NCBI GenBank assembly: GCA_964234715.1
Contig: OZ174281.1
Direction: 5' to 3' (one strand)
Length of the DNA stretch: 64,000 bases
Source of the DNA: Podarcis melisellensis
Taxonomy: Eukaryota
Part shown: in pieces, positions 63,503 through 64,000 of the stretch
How the letters are laid out: every line of letters starts with the position of its first letter
Numbering within the stretch: the first letter of the stretch is position 1
Made by a program: the position numbers and the translations under genes
The notes under the pieces: generated by a model
What the model was told of the DNA's origin: nothing
What the model saw: only the letters and a program-made list of their open reading frames with translations
The model's database searches: none

Positions 63503-64000
63503 TATGGTTCTGTAGAATGAGGATGATGAGGACCAAAATTAGCTCATTGCCAGGAGTCTGTCTTAGGTTGCTCTTATACATCCTGCTGCAAGAAGTCTCA
63601 GAGCAGCATTAGAGGACTGCTCCCCTTGAGTGTGGCACCTCTTTTTAACTTCAGTGGACCGTTGCAGATGTGGATCATGTCTCAGTTGCACTTATCACAG
63701 CCTGAAACTGCACTACCAGCATGGCATTTAAATTGAAATGAAAACATAATGCAAAATGCTGTCTCCATGCTTAGGTGCTGAACAGCAGCATATGATAACA
63801 TTTTTCTTCCAAAAAAAAAAAAAGCGTTGAAACTATTATTTTTAGTGGAATGGTTCCTTTTTTAAAAAAATGTTGCCAAATAAGCACAAAGGATGCTAGT
63901 GAAATTGGTGTTATTGCTCCCTGACTGTTCGTTGTAATAACATTTTCTTATTTAGCAAAACTTTATTATGCTCAAGATTTGCTTGCATGGTGTATTAGGC

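Overview
Vertebrate genomic DNA from a squamate reptile, probably a lacertid-type lizard (Sauria SINEs, Bov-B/RTE, CR1 and L2 fragments, hAT and Tc1/mariner MITEs). The window covers the long 5' introns of PTK2 (focal adhesion kinase, FAK) on the + strand. The ATG exon is at 55248-55474 and the next coding exon at 59295-59461. An upstream alternative coding exon ending at 29407 adds an N-terminal extension, and there are two further candidate phase-1 exons (ending 3332; 13305-13331). No canonical CpG-island promoter of PTK2 is seen, so it probably lies upstream of the window. The most striking element is a young 1371-bp non-autonomous hAT transposon (22117-23487; perfect 15-bp TIRs and 8-bp TSD). 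It carries a mosaic of captured host DNA: a promoter-like GC-rich piece and an intact transglutaminase (TGM3-like) exon fragment with its splice donor, i.e. a Pack-TIR (Pack-MULE-like) element sitting sense-wise inside PTK2. Other notable items are a MITE with a higher-order array of palindromic 99/109-bp units, an isolated 86-nt pre-miRNA-like hairpin, a uORF overlapping the extension frame, and an apparent R65W change in FAK. Family and orthologue assignments come from recalled sequences, not from database searches.
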